DNA of 37,016 nt from Thermodesulfobacteriota bacterium (GTDB taxonomy: Bacteria; Desulfobacterota; Desulfobulbia; Desulfobulbales; SURF-16). The notes under the pieces are model-generated. The model had not been told where the DNA came from, made no database searches, and saw only the letters and a program-made list of their open reading frames with translations. Positions 16,083 through 25,449 of the stretch are shown piece by piece. Position 1 is the first letter of the stretch. Each line of letters begins with the position of its first letter. The stretch is taken from NCBI GenBank assembly GCA_039715015.1, contig JBDLIE010000027.1, positions 1 through 37,016 on the forward strand. The letters run 5' to 3'. A program made the position numbers and the translations under genes.

Positions 16083-17024
16083 ATGGGTGAGTCATTAGTC
16101 GTTGTAGGTGTCATCGCGGTCATCATGATTGTCCTGCTGTTCAAAACCGCCACTATTGTACCTCAGCGTTCAGAGTATATTGTAGAGCGCCTTGGCAGGT
16201 ACAGTAAGACCTTGAGTGCCGGGTTTCATATCCTGTTTCCCTTTCTGGATAATGTGGCCTACCGCCGCTCCCTCAAGGAAGAGGTGATGGACATTCCCTC
16301 CCAGGACTGTATCACCACGGATAATGTTTCGGTTTCAGTGGATGGTGTGCTCTATCTGCAGGTTGTTGATAGCAAGCTGTCGGCCTATGGCATTGACAAC
16401 TACTTTTTTGCCGCCAGTCAGCTGGCCCAGACCTCGCTGCGTTCGGTGATCGGCAAGATCGAACTGGATCGCACCTTTGAGGAGCGCGAGACCCTGAACC
16501 AGCAGGTGGTTACTGCCATTGACGAGGCAGCCCAGAACTGGGGAATCAAGGTCCTGCGCTATGAGATAAAGGACATCACCCCGCCGCGCAGCGTCATGGA
16601 TGCCATGGAAAAGCAGATGAAGGCCGAGCGTGAAAAGCGGGCCACCATTGCCACCTCCGAAGGTGACCGGCAGTCGCGGATCAACCGGGCCGAGGGTTTG
16701 AAGCGTGAGGCCATTGAGGTCTCCGAGGGTGAGAAGCAAAAGAGGATCAATGAGGCCGAAGGCCAGGCCCAGGAGATCGAACTGGTGGCCCATGCCACTG
16801 CCGAGGGAATCAGAAAGATCGCCGAGTCCCTCACCCATACCGGTGGCGAGACCGCTGCCAACCTTCGGGTGGCGGAGAAGTATATTGCTGAATTTGGTAA
16901 TCTGGCCAAGGAAAACAACACCATGATCATTCCCTCCAACCTCGGCGATGTCGCCGGTATGGTGGCCACTGCCATGTCCGTCCTCAACCAGAGTAAAAAG
17001 GGAGACCAGACCGTTCAGCTCTAA
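16083..17024 (+). CDS. SPFH/stomatin-like (QmcA/paraslipin) protein
   Basis: VERLGRY, ITTDNVSV, AQTSLRSVIG and QMKAEREKRA motifs; AAGGAG RBS. Confidence 0.95.
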   Translation: MGESLVVVGVIAVIMIVLLFKTATIVPQRSEYIVERLGRYSKTLSAGFHILFPFLDNVAYRRSLKEEVMDIPSQDCITTDNVSVSVDGVLYLQVVDSKLSAYGIDNYFFAASQLAQTSLRSVIGKIELDRTFEERETLNQQVVTAIDEAAQNWGIKVLRYEIKDITPPRSVMDAMEKQMKAEREKRATIATSEGDRQSRINRAEGLKREAIEVSEGEKQKRINEAEGQAQEIELVAHATAEGIRKIAESLTHTGGETAANLRVAEKYIAEFGNLAKENNTMIIPSNLGDVAGMVATAMSVLNQSKKGDQTVQL

Positions 17025-17062
17025 TTAATAGAAGGGTTGACAGTATGTGATTATATCGACCT

Positions 17063-17101
17063 AAAAAGGGGCAACTGGCCATAAGCCAGTTGCCCCTTTT
17101 T
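17063..17101 (+). terminator. Intrinsic terminator
   Basis: GGGGCAACTGGC/GCCAGTTGCCCC stem followed by T5. Confidence 0.88.
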
Positions 17102-17415
17102 GATGATATTACACATTAACTTGGGCAAGCTGTTGTCTTAGCATGAAGAGGTGAGACGCAAGGGGCTTGGTCGATAAAGTCGAAGAATACTCATCAGTTG
17201 CCCAGTACGTTGGCGGTCATTGGCGTCCTTGAAATTGACGAAATCTCAACCAGAGAGCAGTTTTACGGATAAATAAAGCAAGCAACATATGATATAAACC
17301 GGTATAGTCCTCGGCTTTTCTGACCTTGATCAGCATTATTGGCGGAGAGGGGTAATCAGGATACTCCCGTTAACCCTTGGCGTCCCCGCCATTCCATCTC
17401 TTTTAGGTACACCAC

Positions 17416-19194
17416 ATGAGCACCGATACGGTAACCACATTTAATGCATTGCCGCTGAAAAAATCTCTTTTAAAGGCAGTGAATGATGCGGGTTACGAAA
17501 CTCCCACCCCCATCCAGGCCGAAACAATTCCACTGTTGCTCGAAGGCAGGGATGTTTTGGGGCAGGCCCAGACCGGCACCGGCAAAACAGCGGCCTTTGC
17601 CCTGCCGCTTCTTTCCAACATTGATTTAAAGCAAAGAAAACAGGCTCAGGTCCTGGTCTTGGCTCCCACCCGTGAGCTGGCCATTCAGGTTGCTGAGGCC
17701 TTTCAAACATACGCCAAGCACATCAAAAGTTTCCATGTCTTACCCATTTATGGTGGGCAGGATTATGGCGGCCAAATCCGTTCTTTGCAACGGGGTGTCC
17801 ATGTGGTGGTAGGCACGCCGGGCCGAGTAATGGATCATATGCGCCGTGGCACCCTTAAGCTCGATAATCTTAAGGCCCTGGTGTTGGATGAGGCCGATGA
17901 AATGTTGCGCATGGGCTTTGTGGATGATGTGGAATGGATCCTTGACCAAACGCCGTCAGACAGGCAGATTGCTCTGTTCTCGGCCACCATGCCCCAGCAA
18001 ATCCGCCGCATTGCCACTAAGCATCTCAATGATCCGGCTCAAATTACCATCAAGGTCAAAACCGCCACCGCTGACACCATCCGTCAACGCTTCTGGCTGG
18101 TTCAAGGTCTCCAAAAACTAGATGCTATAACCCGTATCCTTGAGGCCGAACCCTTTGATGCCATGCTCATCTTCGTGCGGACCAAAATAGCCACGGTTGA
18201 GCTCGCTGAAAAACTGTCGGCCCGCGGTTATGCCACGGCGCCGCTTAACGGTGATATTGCCCAAAACCAGCGCGAACGCACAGTTAAACGCCTGAAAAGT
18301 GGCAATCTCGACATTCTGGTGGCCACCGATGTTGCGGCCCGCGGACTTGATGTGGATCGTATCAGTCACGTGGTCAATTACGATATCCCTTATGATACAG
18401 AGGCCTATATTCATCGTATTGGCCGTACCGGTCGTGCCGGTCGGCAGGGTGATGCCATTTTATTTGTCGCACCGCGGGAAAAACGGATGCTGCGTGCCAT
18501 TGAAAAGGCAACCCGCAAGAAAGTCGAGGTCATGAATCTGCCCACCACGGCCTTGATTAATGACCAGCGTATAGCCCGTTTTAAACAGCAGATCACCGAT
18601 ACCCTGGCCAGCGAAGACCTGGGTCTCTTTCCCAAGCTTATTGAAGAGTACCAAGAGGAACATGGCGCCCAGCCCATGGAAATCGCCGCAGCCTTGGCCC
18701 ATCTGTTACAGGGCGATACTCCCCTCCTGCTTCAGAACAAGCCGCAACAAAAGGCAAAAAAAAGCTGGGAAAAAGAGGAAAGAAAACCTGGCAAAGAGCG
18801 CAGACGTTCCTCCAAAAAAGAGAAACCGCCTGAAGAGGGCATGGAGCGTTATCGTATTGAGGTGGGTCATAACCATGACGTCAAGGCCGGCAATATTGTT
18901 GGCGCCATTGCCAATGAGGCGGATATTGATAGCCAATACATTGGCCGTATCAATATTTATGATGATCACAGCCTGGTTGATTTACCCGAGGGTATGCCCA
19001 AAAAACTTTTCAAAATATTGAAGAAGGTCTGGGTGTCTGGCCAACAATTACAGATTTCTCGTCTCGAAAAAGAAAGAAAGGCCAAGGCCCCTGGCAAACG
19101 TCCTGAAAGTAAAGGAAAGGGGCGCGGCAAGCCTAAGGACAAGTCCAAAAGCGGTCCGAAAAAAACAGGCAAAAAGAAGGTGGCAAAGAAGTGA
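17416..19194 (+). CDS. deaD: DEAD-box RNA helicase DeaD/CsdA with a DbpA-type RNA-binding domain
   Basis: AQTGTGKT, PTRELA, DEADEM, SAT, HRIGRTGRAG, and C-terminal YRIEVG..GNIVGAIANE. Confidence 0.93.
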   Translation: MSTDTVTTFNALPLKKSLLKAVNDAGYETPTPIQAETIPLLLEGRDVLGQAQTGTGKTAAFALPLLSNIDLKQRKQAQVLVLAPTRELAIQVAEAFQTYAKHIKSFHVLPIYGGQDYGGQIRSLQRGVHVVVGTPGRVMDHMRRGTLKLDNLKALVLDEADEMLRMGFVDDVEWILDQTPSDRQIALFSATMPQQIRRIATKHLNDPAQITIKVKTATADTIRQRFWLVQGLQKLDAITRILEAEPFDAMLIFVRTKIATVELAEKLSARGYATAPLNGDIAQNQRERTVKRLKSGNLDILVATDVAARGLDVDRISHVVNYDIPYDTEAYIHRIGRTGRAGRQGDAILFVAPREKRMLRAIEKATRKKVEVMNLPTTALINDQRIARFKQQITDTLASEDLGLFPKLIEEYQEEHGAQPMEIAAALAHLLQGDTPLLLQNKPQQKAKKSWEKEERKPGKERRRSSKKEKPPEEGMERYRIEVGHNHDVKAGNIVGAIANEADIDSQYIGRINIYDDHSLVDLPEGMPKKLFKILKKVWVSGQQLQISRLEKERKAKAPGKRPESKGKGRGKPKDKSKSGPKKTGKKKVAKK

Positions 19195-19281
19195 CGCCGG
19201 TGATCGAAAACGGCTGGGATCAGCCGCCTCGTATAATGCAGGCCAAGAGGTTGGTTGGCGCCATTTGCCTGCCGAAAACGA

Positions 19282-19500
19282 TTAATTCGTTTTCTTGACG
19301 AATTTGGCCAGGATGGCGATCTGCTGGCCATTGACCCGGCCCTCAATATGCTCCGGGTTATCCGGCACCAATGAGATGGCGCGGACAACCGTGCCACGCT
19401 GAGCGGTAAAAGCCACTCCGTACACGGCCAAACTCTCTGTTTGACTGCATAATTCACATTTCGATTCGCTGCGCTCCGCTACTATTTTTTCTGTACTCAT
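19282..19500 (-). pseudogene. Internally deleted PhnA-domain protein
   Basis: N-terminal RSESKCELC..LAVY joined directly to the C-terminal FTAQRGTVVRAISLVPDNPEHIEGRVNGQQI of PhnA-domain proteins; only 72 aa. Confidence 0.7.
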
Positions 19501-19517
19501 TTACCTTATTCTATTTA

Positions 19518-19738
19518 TGATTACCATCGAACTTCAGCCTTTTTTTAAGCACGATTCCGTAGGAGCACCCCAAGGGCATTCGAAGTCTTCGCTTATCTCC
19601 TGCGGGGCACCCGGCCAGCAGTGTAATTCGAGCTGGTCGTTTGTGCGTGCCTTCTCTCATCGCCCGGAGGGCCGGGCTCCTACAAGCCAATCAGCCCATG
19701 CAACCATGAGCTGATTGGCTGAAGATGAGTGGTAGTCA
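19518..19738. mobile_element. MITE-like element (second copy) with an internal REP doublet and a nested micro-element
   Basis: Same TIRs as 15865-16053; GTAGGAG at 19559 and CTCCTAC ending at 19683. Confidence 0.75.
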
Positions 19739-19807
19739 CATTTCCTTTCGATGATAGCTGGCTGGGACATGGGGGAAAGGGGCAGTTTCCGCCCCCTTCG
19801 ACAAGTA

Positions 19808-21136
19808 TCAATTAAGACCAAAGACGTTACCACTACCTGAGGAGGCGCGTCGCCCACCGGAACTTTTGCCGGGACGGCGTCTGGATTGGCTGGTTTTCTT
19901 ACCCTTGCCTCCAGAGTTCGCCTGCTTGGCTGGTCTTCGGCCAGAGGCCTTTTTCCTGTTGTTGGTACGCTTACGGGGTGTATGCCGTTGTTTGGGTTGC
20001 ACCTGGTCCGCTTTTGCGTCCATGGCATAGCCATCCACGGTCAGGCGGTCAATGGTTATGCCCTGGAGGCGCTCAATGGACCTGACCATGGCCTGGTCAT
20101 CATAACAGATGAAACTGACGGCCCGGCCGCTGCGCTGGGCCCGGCCTGTGCGGCCGATGCGATGGGTATAGGCCTCGGCGGTTGATGGCAGATCAAAATT
20201 AATCACCTGCCCCACCCGCGAAACATCAATACCGCGGGCAGCGATGTCCGTGGCCACAAGCACGGTGAAGTCGCCGTCACGAAAACCGGTGAGGGCTCGT
20301 TGCCGCTGATTTTGTGACATGTTGCCTTGAAGATCAGTGGCCTTAAAACCCGATTTGTTGAGTTTTTTAGCCAGTTTTTTGGCACCGTATTTGGTGCGGG
20401 TGAAAACCAGGGTGGAGCCATCAGAGGTTTCTTTGAGAAAATGAAGGAGCAAGGCGCCTTTTTGCTTCTTGGCCACCGGGCAAAGCACCTGGCTGATTGC
20501 CTCCAGGGGCTGTTCAAGTTTGATGCGCACCTCTTCCGGATTGGTGAGGGTTTCTGCAGCCAGCTTGCGGATGTCATGTGGCATGGTGGCTGAAAAAAGC
20601 AGGGTCTGACGCTTGGTCGGCAGGTGTTTGAGGATGCGGCGGATGTCGGGGAAAAATCCCATATCAAACATCTGGTCTGCCTCGTCAAGCACCAGAGTCT
20701 CCACCTTGTTTAGGTTAAGATCGTGGCTGTTTAAATGATCAAGAAGGCGACCCGGGCAGGCGATGACTATTTCGACGCCGCGCCTGAATTGCTGTAACTG
20801 TTTGCCCTTGCCAACACCGCCGTAGACGGTGACTGTCCGCAGGCCGGTGTCTTTGGCCAGCTCCTGAAAACTCTGGTCGATCTGCTCGGCCAGCTCCCTG
20901 GTCGGCGCTACCACCAAGGCGCGCACCTTGCCGCGTGGGCCGTCGCTGAGACGTTCTATGATAGGCAGGGCAAAGGCAGCGGTTTTGCCGGTACCGGTCT
21001 GGGCCAGGCCCAGGAGGTCCTTGCCGGCCAAGACCTTGGGGATGGACTGTTCTTGAATGGGGGTAGGCTGCTCATAGCCGCAGGCCTTGATGTTGGCCGC
21101 AATCCGCGGCTGAAACTGAAACTGGGTAAAACTCAT
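19808..21136 (-). CDS. DEAD-box RNA helicase (RhlE-like)
   Basis: All DEAD motifs and a basic C-terminal tail. AAGGAG RBS supports the start at 21136 rather than 21214. Confidence 0.93.
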   Translation of the reverse strand: MSFTQFQFQPRIAANIKACGYEQPTPIQEQSIPKVLAGKDLLGLAQTGTGKTAAFALPIIERLSDGPRGKVRALVVAPTRELAEQIDQSFQELAKDTGLRTVTVYGGVGKGKQLQQFRRGVEIVIACPGRLLDHLNSHDLNLNKVETLVLDEADQMFDMGFFPDIRRILKHLPTKRQTLLFSATMPHDIRKLAAETLTNPEEVRIKLEQPLEAISQVLCPVAKKQKGALLLHFLKETSDGSTLVFTRTKYGAKKLAKKLNKSGFKATDLQGNMSQNQRQRALTGFRDGDFTVLVATDIAARGIDVSRVGQVINFDLPSTAEAYTHRIGRTGRAQRSGRAVSFICYDDQAMVRSIERLQGITIDRLTVDGYAMDAKADQVQPKQRHTPRKRTNNRKKASGRRPAKQANSGGKGKKTSQSRRRPGKSSGGRRASSGSGNVFGLN

Positions 21137-21164
21137 TGAAACTCCTTGTTGGCTCCATTTTTCT

Positions 21165-21457
21165 CTCAGGATAATGAAGCGGGTATAAGGCCGTGGGCGA
21201 TGATGCCCCGGCATTGGGTCATCCGTAGATGATTAATTAACGAAATGGGGTTCCGGCAGGAAAACGGGAGCCTCCATGGTGTGCCGGACACGCGCTTGCG
21301 TCGTGTGTACCATGTGAGGTGTGAGAGAGGAACTATCGAGGGAAACAAATGGAGCGGAGGATACATTCCGCGTCAGGTGTGCCGGTCAATAAGAATACGT
21401 CATTCACTTGGCTACTTAAAAGATGGCCTACCATACAGGGCCGCTGGTCATTTGACA
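21165..21457 (-). promoter_or_regulatory. Long 5' leader of the RhlE-like helicase, with a promoter candidate and a possible pseudoknot
   Basis: TTGTCA-N17-TATGGT at 21457-21430; interleaved pairings at 21190-21224. Confidence 0.4.
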
Positions 21458-21724
21458 ATCCTTTTTAAGAAAGGTTCCTAGCAGCTTTTTTTTCTAGCTG
21501 ACTTGAAGCATATCTGCCTGGAAATTGAAGAGTGCGGATCTTAAAACGCTGGAATTTAGAAAAAAAGCAGAGGAGGAAGGTTTTTCCTTCACGAAGAAGC
21601 TGGGGGCGGGTTGATTTAAAAGAGGGGCGATGTCACGGATGTGCTGATGTTAAAGGTTAGAGTCAAGGCCGACGACAGTGGGCTGAGGTTTGAAACAGGG
21701 CGAGGCAAACTAAGGAATAGATCT

Positions 21725-22924
21725 TCAGCGTGGTTGAGGTGGGTGGCCCAGGGTCTTGATGAGGATGATGATAGCAAGCACAAGCAGGGTGGAGACCCCA
21801 GCCAGGCCTTGGTATACTGCGGGAAAACCCCAGGAAGTCTTGACTAAGCCCACCATTTTGACACTGAGCGCTCCCACCCCAAAGGTAAGGATGAATTTCA
21901 TGCCATAGGCGGAGCTTAAGAAATTAGGAGGGGTGAGGCGGGCCACCAGGGTGTTTTCCAGGGGCTGCATACCAAGCAGGAAAAAGCCGTGGATCATGGC
22001 GAAGAAGACCAGCATACCGTTGGAGCTTGCCGCCATGGCGAGAGCCATGGGGATGGTGAGCAGGTGAAAGAGCAGGTAGCCGCTGGTCAGCCGGAAGCGT
22101 TCCCCCACCCAGCCGCCGGTGTACTGGCCCGCCATGCCGATGAAATAGATAAAGGAGGTCAAAATGGTGGCCACCACATTGGCCGAGCCTAGGCCGCCGG
22201 TAAGATTGGTCAGGTATTGGTAAAGTTCACCGTTTTGCAGCTCAAAATAGGCGGGCAGGGTGATAGATGTGCCACGATAGACAATACCTCCCATGGTCAT
22301 GGCAACCAAGAGGACCAGAAAGGCGGGCAGCGAGTTGCCCTGCTGCTTTTTGCTGTTTCCTTGGCGGGTTGATGACTCGGCGCTGCTCAGGGCCAGGAGA
22401 ATAAGACCGGCAAGGTTCATCAGCCCCAGCAAAATATAAACCGTGCGTGTTCCCCAGAAATAGTTAACCGTGCCGGCCAGAAGCGGCGCGGTGGCAAGGC
22501 CTAAGTTGCCGAACATGCCGTTATAGGCCATGCCGCGGCTGGTGTTTTTTACCTCTTTGGCAATCCAGCCCAGGCCCGCCGGGTGGTAGATTCCGGAAAA
22601 AAGACCGATCCCGGCCAGGGCAAGCCAGAGCAGGCTGGGGTTGCCAATATTGGCGGCAGCCCAGAAGCCGCAGAGACCAGCGCCCATATGAAAAACAGCG
22701 AGCAGGCGGCGGGGGCCGAAGCGGTCGGCAGCAAGGCCCCAGGGCAGGGCTGACAGGCCAAAGAGCAGATACATCCAGAATGACAGGGCCAGGGTGTCGG
22801 TCATGGCAAGGTCCAGCGAACCTGCCAGGGGCAGGAGTACGGCTGGAAAGACCAGCATATTAAAATGGCTCATGAAATGACCATAACAGGTCACGCCAAG
22901 GATGGAGCGTTCACGGGTATTCAT
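21725..22924 (-). CDS. MFS transporter
   Basis: About 12 TM segments, GLAADRFGPRR motif A, and GIYHPAG. Confidence 0.93.
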   Translation of the reverse strand: MNTRERSILGVTCYGHFMSHFNMLVFPAVLLPLAGSLDLAMTDTLALSFWMYLLFGLSALPWGLAADRFGPRRLLAVFHMGAGLCGFWAAANIGNPSLLWLALAGIGLFSGIYHPAGLGWIAKEVKNTSRGMAYNGMFGNLGLATAPLLAGTVNYFWGTRTVYILLGLMNLAGLILLALSSAESSTRQGNSKKQQGNSLPAFLVLLVAMTMGGIVYRGTSITLPAYFELQNGELYQYLTNLTGGLGSANVVATILTSFIYFIGMAGQYTGGWVGERFRLTSGYLLFHLLTIPMALAMAASSNGMLVFFAMIHGFFLLGMQPLENTLVARLTPPNFLSSAYGMKFILTFGVGALSVKMVGLVKTSWGFPAVYQGLAGVSTLLVLAIIILIKTLGHPPQPR

Positions 22925-23011
22925 GGCTCATCACATAACTTCAAACTCCCTTGCTGTCTATCATTTTCTTGATGACCCAAGGGGCAGGAACTGGCATTAT
23001 GGTTGCGCTTT

Positions 23012-23161
23012 TGAAAAATTGTCTTTTCGGCTGACCTCTGCGTTATGCTCAAAAATTTATCCTCGATATACCAGCTGTATGCCCCCCAAGGGCACCTCCT
23101 GGGGCGCCTGCGGTGAATTTTTTCGTATGCCCTTGATGTTGAACAAAAATCTAATTTTTCA
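23012..23161. mobile_element. MITE-like palindromic element with a nested micro-element
   Basis: Terminal TGAAAAATT/AATTTTTCA and inner AAAAATTTAT/GTGAATTTTT; non-coding, between divergent genes. Confidence 0.55.
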
Positions 23162-23214
23162 TGGGTCCAAATTTTGATTTGTCAAAGTTGTAATGCCCCC
23201 ATGCCTTGGTGCAA

Positions 23215-24285
23215 ATGACTTCTTTTCCTGCCACTCAAACAGATCTGAAAAACCTGACCCGGGCCCAGCTTGATGATTTTCTCGAAAGCCTCTCCCTTCC
23301 TGGTGGCCGGGCCCGCCATATTATGGCCTGGCTCATGCGGCCTGGCAGCCACGATATGAGCGAGATGGTTGAGGTCAAAAAAGAGATCCGCGATCAGCTC
23401 ATCGCCCAAGCCCGGATCAGCACCCTGGCCCCCGCCAAGGTGGAGGTGTCTGAAGACGGCACCCGCAAGTATGCCTTTGAGCTTGAAGACGGTGCGGTCA
23501 TTGAAAGTGTCCTCATCCCCGAGGGCGAACGTCATACCCTCTGCCTCTCCTCCCAGGTCGGGTGCGCCATGGCCTGCGCTTTTTGCCTCACCGGCCGCCT
23601 GGGTTTTACTCGCAATCTGTTGCCCAGCGAGATCGTTAATCAGGTTTTGGCGGTCATTGAGGATATGGTGGATCGAGGCCTCAAACGGGGCACCCATCGC
23701 GAATTCGTCAACAACCTGGTTTTTATGGGTATGGGAGAACCCCTGGCTAACTATGATAACCTGCTCAGCGCCCTTGCCATTCTCATGGCCGAGGAGGGTC
23801 TCGGTTTCACGGAGCGGCGGCTGACCATTTCCACCTGCGGTATTGTGCCGAGAATTATTGATCTGGGCTGCGACACCAAGGTTAACCTGGCTATTTCCCT
23901 GCATGCTGCCGATGATGAGATCCGCAGCACCTTGATGCCGGTGAATAAGACCTATGGGGTCGATGAATTGCTGACCGCCTGTCGTAATTATCCCCGTGCG
24001 AAAAGGCGAGTCATCTTGTTCGAGTACATCCTGATTAAGGATATCAATGACTCGCCGGAACAGGCCCGTCTACTGGCCGCTAAGCTGGCCGGGATACCTT
24101 CCCGGATAAACCTGCTACCATACAATGAAAGTGAGGAGCTGCCTTACAAAAAGCCTGCTGAGGAAACCATCCTTGCCTTTCAAAAGGTGCTACGGGATGC
24201 CGGGTATACCACCTTGATCCGCCAGAGCCGCGGCAGCGATATCTCCGCGGCCTGCGGGCAGCTCGCCGCTGGAGGGGATCTGTAG
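23215..24285 (+). CDS. rlmN: 23S rRNA m2A2503 / tRNA methyltransferase RlmN
   Basis: SSQVGCAMACAFC radical-SAM motif, FMGMGEP, ISLHA and DISAACGQL. Confidence 0.96.
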   Translation: MTSFPATQTDLKNLTRAQLDDFLESLSLPGGRARHIMAWLMRPGSHDMSEMVEVKKEIRDQLIAQARISTLAPAKVEVSEDGTRKYAFELEDGAVIESVLIPEGERHTLCLSSQVGCAMACAFCLTGRLGFTRNLLPSEIVNQVLAVIEDMVDRGLKRGTHREFVNNLVFMGMGEPLANYDNLLSALAILMAEEGLGFTERRLTISTCGIVPRIIDLGCDTKVNLAISLHAADDEIRSTLMPVNKTYGVDELLTACRNYPRAKRRVILFEYILIKDINDSPEQARLLAAKLAGIPSRINLLPYNESEELPYKKPAEETILAFQKVLRDAGYTTLIRQSRGSDISAACGQLAAGGDL

Positions 24286-24305
24286 AGTTTGTAATTTAAG
24301 AGTTG

Positions 24306-24376
24306 GGCCACGGAATCCACAGAAGGCACGGAGGATAAAAAAGATTTTTTCAGAGTTTTCCGTGGATTCCGTGGCC
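24306..24376. repeat. Inverted repeat built from 9-nt CAC(G/A)GA units
   Basis: GGCCACGGAATCCAC / GTGGATTCCGTGGCC perfect 15-bp arms with three 9-nt units per side. Confidence 0.75.
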
Positions 24377-24407
24377 AAAAATAAGATGAAATAAGGAGCA
24401 AGAAAAG

Positions 24408-25103
24408 ATGGCTGTTAAGAAAAAATTCTACGCCATTGCTGTGGGTCGCACACCTGGCATCTATACGAAGTGGCCGGATGCCCAGGCCCAGGTCATGGGT
24501 TTTGCCGGGGCAAAGTATAAGGGTTTTGCCACCCGGGCCGAGGCCTTGGCCTGGCTCAAAAATCCTGTCTATACACCACAGGGTGCCAAGGCCAAAAAAG
24601 GCAACAAAAAATCAGCGTCGGCCAAGGGTGGCAAAGAAGGGGAGATTGTCATCTACACCGATGGCGGCGCCCGTTTTAATCCGGGTCCCGGCGGCTTCGG
24701 CGTTGTTATGCTGGCAGACGGCAAGCGCCAGGAATTTTCCGGCGGCTACCGGTTAACCACCAATAACCGCATGGAGCTTATGGGCTGCATTGTTGCCCTG
24801 CGTAAACTCCCGGAAAGGAACAGGTCAATAACCCTCTACTCTGATTCCCAATATGTGGTGAACGGCATCAGCAAGGGGTGGGCCAAAAGCTGGCGCAAAA
24901 AGGGCTGGATTAAGTCGGATAAGCAACCAGCCATAAATCCTGACCTTTGGGCCGAACTTCTTGATTTGCTAGAAGGGCTCACTATCGAGTTCAGGTGGGT
25001 GAAAGGTCACGCCGGTAACGAGTTCAACGAGCGTTGCGATGAGTTGGCTGTGTCCTCCGCTGCTATGGATAATCTGCCGGAGGATAAAGGCTATAAGGGT
25101 TGA
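24408..25103 (+). CDS. rnhA: Ribonuclease HI with an N-terminal hybrid-binding (caulimovirus viroplasmin-like) domain
   Basis: KFYAIAVGRTPGIY..W; YTDGG, TTNNRMEL, SDSQY, WVKGHAG and NERCD. Confidence 0.95.
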   Translation: MAVKKKFYAIAVGRTPGIYTKWPDAQAQVMGFAGAKYKGFATRAEALAWLKNPVYTPQGAKAKKGNKKSASAKGGKEGEIVIYTDGGARFNPGPGGFGVVMLADGKRQEFSGGYRLTTNNRMELMGCIVALRKLPERNRSITLYSDSQYVVNGISKGWAKSWRKKGWIKSDKQPAINPDLWAELLDLLEGLTIEFRWVKGHAGNEFNERCDELAVSSAAMDNLPEDKGYKG

Positions 25104-25121
25104 AGGAGGTTGTGAAAGTGG

Positions 25122-25163
25122 CCTTCGCCAGGCCCAGGGAGCGGCCCCTGGGCCTGGCGAAGG
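25122..25163. repeat. CCTTCG-family hairpin repeat (variant)
   Basis: CCTTCGCCAGGCCCAGGG / CCCTGGGCCTGGCGAAGG, perfect 18-bp arms. Confidence 0.8.
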
Positions 25164-25209
25164 GTGATTCTTGCCCAGCTTTAACAGTTCCAGGAGCTAG
25201 TCGGAAACA

Positions 25210-25371
25210 TCAGTTCTCAGGCTCAAAAGCACCTTTGCCTGCGCCGCACAGGGGGCAGACCCAGCTGTCCGGCAGGTCTTCAAAAGAGGTGCCAGGGGCA
25301 ATGCCGGCGTTCTCGTCGCCAACTTCAGGATCATAGATATAGCCACAGACCGTACAGACATATGTTTGCAT
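25210..25371 (-). CDS. Rubredoxin (53 aa, not in the ORF track)
   Basis: Manual translation [62 protein letters not shown]. Confidence 0.97.
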   Translation of the reverse strand: MQTYVCTVCGYIYDPEVGDENAGIAPGTSFEDLPDSWVCPLCGAGKGAFEPEN

Positions 25372-25449
25372 GATGAATCTCCTCTGTAGAGTTTTTTGGC
25401 GTGCTTGATATGCTATGGTAGCGGTTCTTGGCTAAAAACAAAAGAGCAC

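Noticed and set aside
22992..23006. Sigma54-like TGGCAT-N5-TTGC upstream of rlmN
   Set aside because: It sits at the edge of a repeat element, and rlmN is an unlikely sigma54 target; probably chance.
24408..24570. Viral-like N-terminal domain on RNase HI
   Set aside because: It is the known hybrid-binding domain found on many bacterial RNases HI.
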